Below are positions 36,750 through 47,163 of a stretch of DNA of 64,000 bases, piece after piece. Below the pieces are notes generated by a model. The model worked only from the letters and a program-made list of their open reading frames with translations. It did no database searches and had not been told where the DNA came from. The first letter of the stretch is position 1, and every line of letters starts with the position of its first letter. Origin of the DNA: an uncultured Gammaproteobacteria bacterium (lineage in GTDB: Bacteria > Patescibacteriota > Patescibacteriia > SBBC01 > CAIJZX01); contig CAYNGY010000001.1 of the NCBI GenBank assembly GCA_964397195.1, positions 134,586 to 198,585 of the forward strand, read 5' to 3'. The position numbers and the translations under genes are program-made.

Positions 36750-39700
36750 ATGACCAACGCCCTGCGCCATCTCCGATCGGTAACCTTCCTGCTTACAGCG
36801 GTTGTCCTGAGCTTGACGATCTCATCAGGAGCGCAGCCAACGATTGCTCAAACGACCAGCGTGAAAATCACATCTATCTCGGTGACCGGCTGGACCGCTC
36901 ACACGGCATCAATTTCATTTTCAGCGAATACGACGGAGGATTTTGAAGCCCAGCTCGACTACGGGCCAACCAAAAACTATGGCCTCACCTACCCGGAAGG
37001 GAATTATTCGCGAGTGACAAGCGGACATCGGTTTGACCTCGCTGGCCTCGATGCGGGTACGACCTATCATTTCCGGCTTCGGGTACGACCGCTCAATGGC
37101 GTTAACCCGACCGATACGAGCGCGGATCGGACATTTACGACGCGATCATCGGATCAACCGACAACGCCGGTGGTAACGTTAATGAACGTTGAGTGTACGA
37201 ATGACGCCTGTACGGTTCAATTTTCAACCGCCACCGAAGCCAATGTAAAAATTGGTTGGGGGACAGAATTGCGTAATCCAGTTCTTGCCTCTGCGCTGTG
37301 TGATGAAGCGGGTGGCGGGTATCCAAACTGCGCCGGGGAAACACCCGATCAGTACCGAGCAACGGTGCGCACATTGCGTATGACTGGGTTGACGGCTTCG
37401 ACCGAATACCACTTCCGATTAGCCGCTACCAACCAGGCCGGGTTTGCCTCGATGTCGGGTGCGGCCGGATCGGATTCGACAGTGACCACCGCCGCGAGTA
37501 GTCGTGACCGAACCTTTAGTACCGGAAATTGTACCGGGATTGATAATCGATCGTATCCGATTGGGTCGTGTATGCCGGGAGGCGAGTATTGCAGTCCAAC
37601 GGGTGTTGATCGGCATTGTACAAATAGATGCGGCGCGAGCTGTGCGGCTGGTGAAACCTGTAATATTGCCGGTGGGGAGTGTGTCCAAGATCCGGCCTTA
37701 ACGAATTCGCCCTACCAGTGCAATAAGCCGGCCTGTTACAACAATGGAAACTTCATCTCGCCGGCCTCCGCCGGGTGCTACGCGACATGGCCAAAGTGTA
37801 GCGCCAACACGATCCTGAAGGTGCAGAAAGATCGTGGGTGTAATGTCTGGCTAACCTGCAGCACGAGTATTCAAACGGTTGCCTCAAAAACCGCTCCGGC
37901 CGAGACATTGTGTTTATCGCTGGCGGCCTGTAACCAACTGGGCAAAAACGGATCCTGTACGCATTATTTGCCGCAAGGTCAATGTGATAACGACCCGCTC
38001 CGTTTTTGCGGAAATGATACCGATTGTCTTGCGGGAGGGTCGTGCGTGATTGCCGCGACGAGCGCCAGTCAAAATCCGAGCCTGCAAGACCTCACCTTCA
38101 GATCACCACAGGAAGTATCGACTATCGCGAATTTGTCGGGAAATGTTATTGCCGGGCTCGACTGGACGCAGCAAGGCGGAAATCGGATCATTCAGGGGCA
38201 ACTGCCATGGCAACTGATGCGCCAAATTGGTGGGAACGTCTCACTCCGAAATACGGATTTTGAAACAAACCCGCCGAACCCGTCGCCATGGATTGGAGTG
38301 CCAGTTTCACAGACGCCAATGAGTGCGCTCCAGGTTGAATTTGAAGACAAGGACGTCAGCATCAACCACGTCTTAAAAGTCTCACCGGTAACTCAAGCCG
38401 GGTCTGCCGGTCGATCGTGCGCTGACCCGATCAATCAACAAAATCCAAATATTGGCAAAGCCTGTACCGGCGAGGCAGATGAAACGACCTGTCTGACGAG
38501 CGCATCGACCTGTAACGGACACTTCTTCTGTGCCGCACAAACATCACGATCATGTGTTGTCGATGGAGATTGCCAAGATGCCGACCACCCGACTGATACC
38601 TGTAACACCGGCGGGTATACACTGACTGGTATTAGTTGTACTGAACATGCCGAAACGGCAACGCCGGATTCTGATTGTACCACCCAGTTTGGAGTTGGCC
38701 ACTGTTCTGATAATGCCGCCGTTACCTGCCGCGTGGCCGGTGATTGCGCGGACCCGGCTGCCACGTGTGACGGGTTAAGTAGCAATACTAGTTTCCCGAA
38801 CGCGACCTGTGATCAACGTTCTACTGGGATTTGCTCGAACGAATCATTTGCGGTCGCTCGCGTTCGATTCTCCGGCGCCGCCAGCGGTGAATTCCAGACT
38901 CAGCCAACCGAATACTATTACGCGGAAGCGAGAATTCGCGCTGAATCGGGTGACCCGCTTGTTCGATTCGAACTCGGACATGATGGGTTTACGAAGTTTG
39001 ATGCGACTGATCCGGATACGCGAATCAATAAAAAGACCTATATTGATGTCGTCGCGACGAGCGCTTGGCAGACGGTGAGTATCGGTCCAATTCGTGGACT
39101 TTCCGGCGGAACGCGCGTGGCCGCTGTTTGTGCGGACGCCTCCCAATGCAGTACGTTCTATATTGATGATATTCAGGTCAAGCCGGTTCTCCAGACGACA
39201 ACCAATCCGGACTATGTAACGCCGTCATGTCGTCTCTATCCGAAAGAGGATTCCCCGTCCTGTGACTACACCGATACGTCGGGCGTAACCTACAAGGGCT
39301 GGAAAGGCTACTGTCTGGAGAATGATAGTGTCTCTGGGTCGTGCTTATCGTGGTGGCCGGTTGATATTATTCGCGGGGAGTCGAGTGTCTTTGGCTCCGA
39401 TAAAGTGGCCGGGTATCAAGACCGTACGCCGCTGTATTACTGCGCTGAAGCGGCGGGCTGGAATGGTCGTAACGATTTTAGCTCACAGGCCTATACAGTT
39501 GCCGTTGCCCATAATGCTTCAAATGCTAACGGAAACTGCGAACGCGGCGCGTCGGGATCTTGGACGGTCTCGTCATGCAGTACGAATGGTGGAGCCTGGT
39601 CAACGTACACCATTACACCAAACGATAAGGACTACGGCTTAACTGAAGATCAGATCACCACCGCGACGTGGGATCCAAAGGGCGGGTCGCCAATGGATTG

Positions 39701-42149
39701 GGAAAAGCCGACCTTCTATTTCTACAATACATCAGACTTCCAATCTTCGAGTCCGTCGAATCCGTGGTTGACCGGCCAGCACTGGCAGCACAGCATCAGC
39801 ATGTACCGCGAAGTCGACGAGGTGAATCGCTATATTTACTGGCGCCTGTCCGTGACCAGTTGTTCACCGGGCGCGAATGGAAATTGTGTTGATGCCTACT
39901 TACGATTTAATTTGGACAGCAAAATCCTTGAACAGTATGGTGTCAACGAGAACGACCAAACCGGAGATGAAACAGAAGCCGCAGCGTACCGAGTGTATCT
40001 CAAAGTAAAAGAACAGTGCACAAAGATCGTCGAAGTCGTTGATCCGAGCGGTCAGAATACGGCTTTCGCCGAGCGGGTCAATTCCAAGTCATATACAGTG
40101 CCTGAACTGGGGTATAAGCGAAACACAGACGGCATTCCGTTTGGTGGGATCTCCACACCGGTGACGTCGGAAAATCCGATTGACTGGCCGGCGCTTGATG
40201 TGGCTTCATCTACAGCTGGTAATCAGGCGCGGAGCGGCCCAGCCTATGCGTGTAATGGGGATTGTAGCCAGAACATCTGCCGGGTCACCAATTCCGGCGG
40301 CCAGGTCAAAGATGGAGCAACCTGTCCAAAACTCCTCTCGCAGGCGCGATCGAATTCATGTGGCGGTATTGACTCCGACCTCGATGGCGTCAACGACGAC
40401 ATGTGTACTGGCGGGACAAAGCCGGCCAGTAAGAAGAGCGTACAACTTTTCGATAATAGCCGTTGCGATGTGGCACATGGATACTGTTACGGCACGAATG
40501 AATGTTTAACCTCACCAGTGACCCAAATTTGTGACCAAACATTGGCGGTGACCGCGACCGGGAAGACCAAGCAAGAGGCGATGACGAATTCGACCGCCTG
40601 TCAAGAAACCCGCTTGGCCTGCCGCGATGTGAACGGATCGCTCGTCTTCTCCCCAACGACCTGCCTCGCTGAGAACCAAGACTGCGGAACCGCCACCCGA
40701 CCGGCCAAGTGTAAAGCCGAGCCGAGCGGCACCATGCGCGTGGCCTGTAACGGTTCCTGCGGTGCGAACCAGAGCGTCGTGCGGTATACCACCTTCCAGC
40801 CGGATGAGTCGACGATGACCTGCTACAAGACTGACAAGCAGGATCGCTGTACGAACGCGCCGCAGACCTCATACTACTGTCCGGTCAATGCAACCTATTA
40901 TGTCTCATCAACGCAGTGTCGCAATAGTCCGTGTGGGATGTTTGGTTGTCAGGCGGTACAACGGAAGTTCTGCCAACGGAACGTAAATTTGACCTGTTCG
41001 ACTGACCAGGATTGCTGGACGACGACCACCATCGACCCAAATCTCTGCTCTAACCGTAACGCCGGGTGTACGTGCGAAGTTGCCGGAACGTGTACCGTTG
41101 CGCCGGCACAGCAGTCCTACAATTCCTACGGAACGGCGCCGAAGACCTGTGCCAATGACGCCGAATGTTCATATGACCCGGCCGATTCCCAAGACGCCAA
41201 TCGATTCTACGCGCAAGAAAAAATTAAGCGGTTATTCGCCCGTTCCTACGGTATCTGGGATTGGAATCCGGCCGCTGGAAAATATGAATTGGTCACGGGG
41301 TCGGATCTAGACGCCGAGACGGATGCTGGATTTGTCGGCTGGCGGCCGCCAACAAAAATCTGTCCGACCGAGCCGGTGCGCACCGTCCAATCCTGTACAA
41401 CGAAAACACAGGCCTGCACCGCCTCGCTTGAAATGACCGGCGCCACGAAGAGTACGGTTGAACTGGCGAAGAAAGACGCCGCCGATCGCTGCCGCAATAC
41501 GGTGGCCTGTGACGGTCGTGACTCGCTGTGCAGCGGCGGCACGAGCGTCAAGTACGAAGATTTCCAGGGGACCTGTAATCAAACGGCGGCTGGTTGGACC
41601 TGTAAGGGGCGATGTAGTACTACCTTGGACTACACACTCGCCGCGAATAGTCAGGCGACTCCGCCCAAAACGGAGCCGGTCCGCCCAACAACCACTCCGG
41701 CGGATTACTGCGCGATTCCGCCGACCGTGAAGAATGCCACCTTCACCACCGGGACGAGCATGACCGCCATTATTGACGGCGGGAACGGGAGTATCGGCCT
41801 CAAGTTTAATACGGCCGCCGATCCACAGCAGGTCCCGTTACAGACGATCTCCGTTGATTGGGGGGATGGGTCGCCGGAAACATTCAGCTACCCGTATGCC
41901 CCGCGCACCGACCCGAAAAAGCCGCACATCTTCAGCCACGTCTACACCTACAATAAGTCGGATTCACAGCACTGTAATCCGGCCACCGGTGTCTGTACCT
42001 ACCCAATTAAAATTCAGGTGCAAGATAATTGGGGGTGGTGCTCCGCGGCTCGCTCGAGCGGAAATCCGGCAACGGCGGATACCAAAGGTTGTGATCTTCC
42101 GCCGTCACAATGGTATGATTCCGGCCTGAAGGTGTTGCTCATCCCATAA
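36750..42149 (+). CDS. Giant (about 1800 aa) Cys-rich surface protein with N-terminal FN3-like repeats and a C-terminal PKD-like domain
   Basis: Start moved to Met at 36750, just after the upstream stop. Signal-anchor LRSVTFLLTAVVLSLTISSGA. FN3-like TTYHFRLRVRP and TEYHFRLAATNQAG. A very Cys-rich core. PKD signature ISVDWGDGS...HVYTY at about 41.86-41.95 kb. Confidence 0.8.
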   Translation: MTNALRHLRSVTFLLTAVVLSLTISSGAQPTIAQTTSVKITSISVTGWTAHTASISFSANTTEDFEAQLDYGPTKNYGLTYPEGNYSRVTSGHRFDLAGLDAGTTYHFRLRVRPLNGVNPTDTSADRTFTTRSSDQPTTPVVTLMNVECTNDACTVQFSTATEANVKIGWGTELRNPVLASALCDEAGGGYPNCAGETPDQYRATVRTLRMTGLTASTEYHFRLAATNQAGFASMSGAAGSDSTVTTAASSRDRTFSTGNCTGIDNRSYPIGSCMPGGEYCSPTGVDRHCTNRCGASCAAGETCNIAGGECVQDPALTNSPYQCNKPACYNNGNFISPASAGCYATWPKCSANTILKVQKDRGCNVWLTCSTSIQTVASKTAPAETLCLSLAACNQLGKNGSCTHYLPQGQCDNDPLRFCGNDTDCLAGGSCVIAATSASQNPSLQDLTFRSPQEVSTIANLSGNVIAGLDWTQQGGNRIIQGQLPWQLMRQIGGNVSLRNTDFETNPPNPSPWIGVPVSQTPMSALQVEFEDKDVSINHVLKVSPVTQAGSAGRSCADPINQQNPNIGKACTGEADETTCLTSASTCNGHFFCAAQTSRSCVVDGDCQDADHPTDTCNTGGYTLTGISCTEHAETATPDSDCTTQFGVGHCSDNAAVTCRVAGDCADPAATCDGLSSNTSFPNATCDQRSTGICSNESFAVARVRFSGAASGEFQTQPTEYYYAEARIRAESGDPLVRFELGHDGFTKFDATDPDTRINKKTYIDVVATSAWQTVSIGPIRGLSGGTRVAAVCADASQCSTFYIDDIQVKPVLQTTTNPDYVTPSCRLYPKEDSPSCDYTDTSGVTYKGWKGYCLENDSVSGSCLSWWPVDIIRGESSVFGSDKVAGYQDRTPLYYCAEAAGWNGRNDFSSQAYTVAVAHNASNANGNCERGASGSWTVSSCSTNGGAWSTYTITPNDKDYGLTEDQITTATWDPKGGSPMDWEKPTFYFYNTSDFQSSSPSNPWLTGQHWQHSISMYREVDEVNRYIYWRLSVTSCSPGANGNCVDAYLRFNLDSKILEQYGVNENDQTGDETEAAAYRVYLKVKEQCTKIVEVVDPSGQNTAFAERVNSKSYTVPELGYKRNTDGIPFGGISTPVTSENPIDWPALDVASSTAGNQARSGPAYACNGDCSQNICRVTNSGGQVKDGATCPKLLSQARSNSCGGIDSDLDGVNDDMCTGGTKPASKKSVQLFDNSRCDVAHGYCYGTNECLTSPVTQICDQTLAVTATGKTKQEAMTNSTACQETRLACRDVNGSLVFSPTTCLAENQDCGTATRPAKCKAEPSGTMRVACNGSCGANQSVVRYTTFQPDESTMTCYKTDKQDRCTNAPQTSYYCPVNATYYVSSTQCRNSPCGMFGCQAVQRKFCQRNVNLTCSTDQDCWTTTTIDPNLCSNRNAGCTCEVAGTCTVAPAQQSYNSYGTAPKTCANDAECSYDPADSQDANRFYAQEKIKRLFARSYGIWDWNPAAGKYELVTGSDLDAETDAGFVGWRPPTKICPTEPVRTVQSCTTKTQACTASLEMTGATKSTVELAKKDAADRCRNTVACDGRDSLCSGGTSVKYEDFQGTCNQTAAGWTCKGRCSTTLDYTLAANSQATPPKTEPVRPTTTPADYCAIPPTVKNATFTTGTSMTAIIDGGNGSIGLKFNTAADPQQVPLQTISVDWGDGSPETFSYPYAPRTDPKKPHIFSHVYTYNKSDSQHCNPATGVCTYPIKIQVQDNWGWCSAARSSGNPATADTKGCDLPPSQWYDSGLKVLLIP

Positions 42150-42151
42150 TC

Positions 42152-45100
42152 ATGCGTCGTCTTCCCTCATTTATTTCACGAAAACGAGCGGTTGCTCTGG
42201 TAGCACTGCTCGGTTTCGTGGCGCCGCTTACCGCTTTTGCCCAGTCCTCCACCGATGACACCCGGGTCAAGATATACCAGTTCTTTGGGAATATTCTCCT
42301 TGGTATTTTGCAGACAGTTGCTCAGTTGGTGGCGATGGTCACCCATTTCTTAATCATCATCGCCCAGTACAGCGATTTCACGCGAAATGAGGTAGTGACC
42401 AAGGGCTGGGACATTGTCATCAGCGTGGCCAACATGTTCTTTGTGATCGCACTGCTCGTGATTGCCTTAGGCACGGTCCTGCGAGTCCAAAACTATCGCT
42501 ATAATCGATTACTCGGCAATGTCATCGTCATGGCCTTCCTGACGAACTTCTCGAAGACGATTGCCGCCTTCTTCATCCAATCGTCCCAGGTGGTCATGCT
42601 GACCTTTGTCAACGCCTTCAAGGACGCCGCGTTTGGGAACTTTGCCACCATGTTTGGGCTGGACAAGGTACTAACGTTTTCAACCATTGAGCCGAGCGGG
42701 GCGATTGATGTGCTCGCGGCGGTCCTGATCGGACTTTTTTTCCTAACCGTTGCTCTCATCACCATCCTGGCCTTAGCCGTCGTGTTGGCGGTGCGGATTG
42801 TCATGCTCTGGATCCTCGTGATCCTTTCGCCGTTTGCCTACGCCATGCGGGTGATTCCAAATACGGAAAAATGGGCCACGCAGTGGTGGGGCGAATTTGG
42901 AAAATGGGTCACGAACGGTCCGGTTATCGCCTTCTTTTTATGGTTGGCACTGGCCATTTTGTCGCAATCAAATCAAGCTGGCGGAAGCCCGGCCAGTTTC
43001 ATTACCTCGCAGGCCTCAGTGAAGAAAGCGATTGAAGCTATTCCGCCGTCAGAAACAGCGCTCTTTTTCGGAAAAACGGAACTGCTCGATTTGAATAATT
43101 TTGTTGGCTTCATCGTGTCCATAATTTTCCTCTGGATGGGACTCCAGATGGCTATTTCAACCGGCGGTGTGGCTGGAAAATGGGCCGGAAAAATCGCCGG
43201 CGCGGGCTTAGCCGCCTACGGCACCGTTTCACTCCTCAATGCGGTGCGTGATCGTACCGTTGCCCCAATTCAGGGCTACCTCAGCCAACGTGAACAGCGT
43301 CGCAAGCAGGCGATAACCGAGCGGACCGCCGGACTGACGGCGCGCGTCGACCAAGCCTCGTCACTAACCGTGGGAAATGTGGGCCGAGTCGGGGCCGCCG
43401 CCGGGGCGGGTATCCGTTCAATCGGCAGTGCAGTTAAAGCCGGGGACGCCGGAGTCATTACTGATGCCATGATGTCCGGGTTACGGACCGGAACTCGCGG
43501 TGAACAGCAGCGCCAACAGCGCATGGAAGAATTCCAGCAAGGGCGAGCCGCTCGGCGGGCTGGCGAGATGGACATTGCTAATCTTGATACCCAAGCCGTG
43601 CTCGGGAAGGCCGCTTCCGGATCAGACGAAGACAAGTATGCCGCCACGCAGGAGCTCATTCGGCGAAACGCCTTAAATGCGGATGACTCTTATCACCAGA
43701 GCCTTGTTCAGGGGGCGGCGCAGTATGCCGGCGACCGCAAGATGGGATCGGAGTTCCGTCAGAATCTTGAGAAGCTTAGTCCGGAGCTGGCTAAGCAGGT
43801 GCTCTATCATAACTTTGCCGGTCAAGCCGACCGCGACAAGTATCTGGAGCACGTCCAGCAACGTTCGGCTGCGCTTAAGCTAGAAAAGGGAGATGTAGAG
43901 TCGTTTGGTGGAACACTCGGAAACGAGATGGTTAAATATGCGCGGAATCGAGAGGATCTCGAGAAGATGTCCGGACTATTAGCCGACACGAGCGCGAAAG
44001 AGGAGGCATTCAAATCGCTCGACCTGTCGTCGGTTGCACCAAATGCGACCATTCGGGAGAGACGGAATATCGCCGAAGTGACCGGCCGGTATATGGCGGC
44101 GTTCCGCAATAATGATGGGACGCACATGGAGGATGAAATGAAGCAATGGGTTGAGGCGACGGGAAGTGATACGGTCGCAAAAACAGCTTCGCATACGGAT
44201 CTTTCGAGTAGCGAGGGTGTCCAAGCTCTGAAGAAGTCCGGATTAAAATTCTCCGGTTGGATTGCTATTCGAAAACGTGATAAAAAAACTGCTCAAGCCG
44301 TGAGCGCTGGTCTCAAGGGATGGCAAGATGAAATGGATAGTGCCACACCTGAAGGCGGTGATGTCCAAGCGAATGAGGATTGGCAGTTTGCGGCCGCTCA
44401 ACGATTTGCGGCAAATAATGGCGAGGTTATTGATTACAACTTTGGCACTGCGAAGGGACGGGAGCTGTTTGAGGGTGTCCTCGAAAATGCCAAAGCGGAG
44501 GACGTGAAGTCCATTGATAAATCTGACTTCTACAAGAAGGCAACCGCGGAAGAGAAAGCCTATATCCACCGGGCCATGGCGTTCAACATGCCAAACCCAC
44601 AATTAAGCGCCTTGTTGCTTGATGAAAATAAGACCCTCTCCAAGAGTGTCTTGGCCGAAGCACAGGACGTGTTGGATAATAAAGAAAAGAGCGCGGAAAA
44701 GATACCGAGTACGATTGCGAATAAACTGATTAGCATGAATTCGAACCCGGTGCTTGGGCGGTTTATGAATGCCGAAAAGGCCCGAGTGAACAAGATCAAA
44801 GATGACAAGGCGGCCATGAAGGCACAGGGCTTTGCTGGGCTCCCAACCGACCCGCCAGGGAAGCCAACCCCGGCCAAGCCACTCATGGATGTTGACCGCG
44901 ACACGTTCAATCGAACGAAAAAAGCGATTGCCGAATATACGGCCCTGACCGGTAACGCGGCCGGATTCTGGCTCGATAAAAACGGTGGATATAATGCCGC
45001 TTCGGGTGTCTATCTCGACCGCGCGACGTTCGAGGCTGCAAATCAAGTGGCCGGCTATCAAGCAGCACACGGTATTTCCCGCGTCAGTGGATTAAAGGGA

Positions 45101-47158
45101 TTAAGCGGTGCGACGGGGAAGAAAGCAAATCGTCTTGGCACTGACTTCCGGTCGATGCTCGGTGGGCGCTACGCGGACCGGGCCGCTATTCGCATGACCG
45201 ATCCAAAAGAGATTCAAGAGTTTGCGACCGAGTACGTTGGCGTCTTGGATGAGGAGTATCAGGCCATTGAATCGAAGATTGACAAGACGGCTGGTGATCA
45301 AGTGCGCATGGCCCAACTGAAATCAGCGCGTGAACGCATGGCGAAGGTCGTGTCCGATCCGAGCAGTATGCCGGAGCTGAAGATTTTGAATACCGCTCGC
45401 GTTGGCCAGCGCGCGAAGACCGCCCTCGCTCACGAAGCGACCCACGGCAAGCTCGATCGAATCGATCCAAACGGGGAGCTGCGCCGTCAGCATCTCGAAG
45501 CATTGTCGCCGAAAGATCGTCAGGCCTTAGTGGCTGAGTATCGTACCAAGCTCAAGAACCCACAACTCACCGACGAACAAGCATTTGACGAATACCTGAC
45601 GGAAGGGTTAACAAACGCCTTCCGACCATGGGCCGATCGCTCTGCCTCAGCCGTCACGCTCAGTCCGGAGACGATTGAGGCCTTCCAGGATCAGGCCCTC
45701 GCCGCCGGGGAGAAACCATTCATGACCTCCGGAGTCATGCTCGGTGGGTATGGCAAGAATGCGAAGCAAGTCCAGACCGCGTTAGCCGCCGCCGGATACG
45801 CCGGGGTGGCGAAGGGGAAGGGCTGGCTCAATACGCTCGTCGCGAGCACGAAGGCCACCGCCGGCTCGTTGAAAGAAAACGCGATTATCGCCGGGATGAT
45901 GGGCAAAGAAATGGTTGGTGAAGGCGCCCGAGCGGTTGTCGGCGGCGCCAAGTCGGTGATTGGCGGCGCACAATCCATCGGTCAGGATGTGGCCATGGGT
46001 GCTAAAATGAGCGCCGACGATATCGCGAAACTCCCGATGCTTCAGCGGATTGGTCTGAGTCTCGGCGAGCGCTCTCAGCGTATTCGCACCGACCGCCAAG
46101 CGAGCAAAGAGCGAAAGACCGCTGCCCGTGCCGAAAAAGAGAAGGTCTCCGCGATGTGGGATGAGGCCAAGGCGATGGATGCACAGTTTGACGAACAAAA
46201 ACGTATCGCCAAGCTGGATGAGCGAGCCGCCAAGGCGCAAGAGCAGTATGAAAAGGCCCGGGCCCGCAGCGCGCGGTGGCAGGATGATCGGGTCGGTACG
46301 GATTCATTAGCCAAAGAAGAAGATGATCGGCTAGCGAGCCGGGTGACCCATCTGTCGACCAAGCGCGATGCGCGCGTGAAGCAAGGTAAGGTGGCTGAAG
46401 CGAACGCGTTCGCCACCAAGATTGCCGAACTAGAAACGCGTCGCGAAGGATTACGTCAGGACCAAGCCATCGAACGTCGGAACTATCAAGTCATCGCCGC
46501 AAAAGAAGAGGAACAGGCGCGAATCGCTGCGGAAAAAGCCGTGACCAAGGCCGCTGACGCGCGTCGTGCTAACGCGGCCAAGCAGTCGAAACCCTCGTCA
46601 CCAGTCGCTGTCACAACACCAACGCCAGCTTCGGCCACTCCAGCCGCCACCGTAGCTTCACCACAGCCAACCGCTATTCCGGAACCTCCAACCGCGAAGT
46701 CAGCCGGCCCGACCGCGGCGCCGAAAAACCGGACGCGCCGTGAAGAGCGCAAAGATCAGGTTACGCAAGAGCGGGCGGATCGTGAAGCGCGACGCGATGA
46801 ACAGCGACGAACCGGATCGGCTCCGCGAAAGCAGGTCGTCCGCACCGAAAACGTCGCTACCGCCCGCGTCCCGGAAGTTGACCGAATGATTAGCGAGCTG
46901 GAATCATCGGTCGCGTCCTCCATTGACTCACTGGGACTCCGGTTAGAAGGCGTCATGAGTCAGTTGGCGAGCAAGGCCCCGGAGATGCAATCACAGATTG
47001 AAGAAGTTCAGCGCAATCTTCGGACTGAAATGCAGTCGGCCCGAACCGATCCGAAATCATCAGCGGCGAACGTTGAGCGTATCCAGCGTGAAATGCTCGA
47101 ACAGCTGAAAAAACTGAACAAGAAAGAAGAAACGCGCTCGTCAACGTTTGAAATATAA
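42152..47158 (+). CDS. VirB6/TrbL-like polytopic membrane protein (N-terminal roughly 350 aa) fused to a roughly 1300-aa hydrophilic coiled-coil and Pro/Ala-rich extension
   Basis: Signal peptide (VALVALLGFVAPLTAFAQ) followed by 6-7 TM helices (FLIIIAQY..., FFVIALLVIALGTVL, VIVMAFLTNF, LFFLTVALITILALAVVLAVRIVMLWILVILSPFAY, VIAFFLWLALAIL, FVGFIVSIIFLWMGL). A long charged K/E/A/R-rich region and a PTPASATPAATVASPQPTAIPEPP tract follow. Confidence 0.8.
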   Translation: MRRLPSFISRKRAVALVALLGFVAPLTAFAQSSTDDTRVKIYQFFGNILLGILQTVAQLVAMVTHFLIIIAQYSDFTRNEVVTKGWDIVISVANMFFVIALLVIALGTVLRVQNYRYNRLLGNVIVMAFLTNFSKTIAAFFIQSSQVVMLTFVNAFKDAAFGNFATMFGLDKVLTFSTIEPSGAIDVLAAVLIGLFFLTVALITILALAVVLAVRIVMLWILVILSPFAYAMRVIPNTEKWATQWWGEFGKWVTNGPVIAFFLWLALAILSQSNQAGGSPASFITSQASVKKAIEAIPPSETALFFGKTELLDLNNFVGFIVSIIFLWMGLQMAISTGGVAGKWAGKIAGAGLAAYGTVSLLNAVRDRTVAPIQGYLSQREQRRKQAITERTAGLTARVDQASSLTVGNVGRVGAAAGAGIRSIGSAVKAGDAGVITDAMMSGLRTGTRGEQQRQQRMEEFQQGRAARRAGEMDIANLDTQAVLGKAASGSDEDKYAATQELIRRNALNADDSYHQSLVQGAAQYAGDRKMGSEFRQNLEKLSPELAKQVLYHNFAGQADRDKYLEHVQQRSAALKLEKGDVESFGGTLGNEMVKYARNREDLEKMSGLLADTSAKEEAFKSLDLSSVAPNATIRERRNIAEVTGRYMAAFRNNDGTHMEDEMKQWVEATGSDTVAKTASHTDLSSSEGVQALKKSGLKFSGWIAIRKRDKKTAQAVSAGLKGWQDEMDSATPEGGDVQANEDWQFAAAQRFAANNGEVIDYNFGTAKGRELFEGVLENAKAEDVKSIDKSDFYKKATAEEKAYIHRAMAFNMPNPQLSALLLDENKTLSKSVLAEAQDVLDNKEKSAEKIPSTIANKLISMNSNPVLGRFMNAEKARVNKIKDDKAAMKAQGFAGLPTDPPGKPTPAKPLMDVDRDTFNRTKKAIAEYTALTGNAAGFWLDKNGGYNAASGVYLDRATFEAANQVAGYQAAHGISRVSGLKGLSGATGKKANRLGTDFRSMLGGRYADRAAIRMTDPKEIQEFATEYVGVLDEEYQAIESKIDKTAGDQVRMAQLKSARERMAKVVSDPSSMPELKILNTARVGQRAKTALAHEATHGKLDRIDPNGELRRQHLEALSPKDRQALVAEYRTKLKNPQLTDEQAFDEYLTEGLTNAFRPWADRSASAVTLSPETIEAFQDQALAAGEKPFMTSGVMLGGYGKNAKQVQTALAAAGYAGVAKGKGWLNTLVASTKATAGSLKENAIIAGMMGKEMVGEGARAVVGGAKSVIGGAQSIGQDVAMGAKMSADDIAKLPMLQRIGLSLGERSQRIRTDRQASKERKTAARAEKEKVSAMWDEAKAMDAQFDEQKRIAKLDERAAKAQEQYEKARARSARWQDDRVGTDSLAKEEDDRLASRVTHLSTKRDARVKQGKVAEANAFATKIAELETRREGLRQDQAIERRNYQVIAAKEEEQARIAAEKAVTKAADARRANAAKQSKPSSPVAVTTPTPASATPAATVASPQPTAIPEPPTAKSAGPTAAPKNRTRREERKDQVTQERADREARRDEQRRTGSAPRKQVVRTENVATARVPEVDRMISELESSVASSIDSLGLRLEGVMSQLASKAPEMQSQIEEVQRNLRTEMQSARTDPKSSAANVERIQREMLEQLKKLNKKEETRSSTFEI

Positions 47159-47163
47159 CCATC

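Noticed and set aside
40390-40872. 160-aa minus-strand Arg-rich ORF, and similar ones at 45.1-46.8 kb and 48.3-49.4 kb
   Set aside because: They are antisense to the giant protein, VirB6-like and Pro-rich genes. Their composition is dominated by Arg/Ser/Ala from GC-rich antisense codons.
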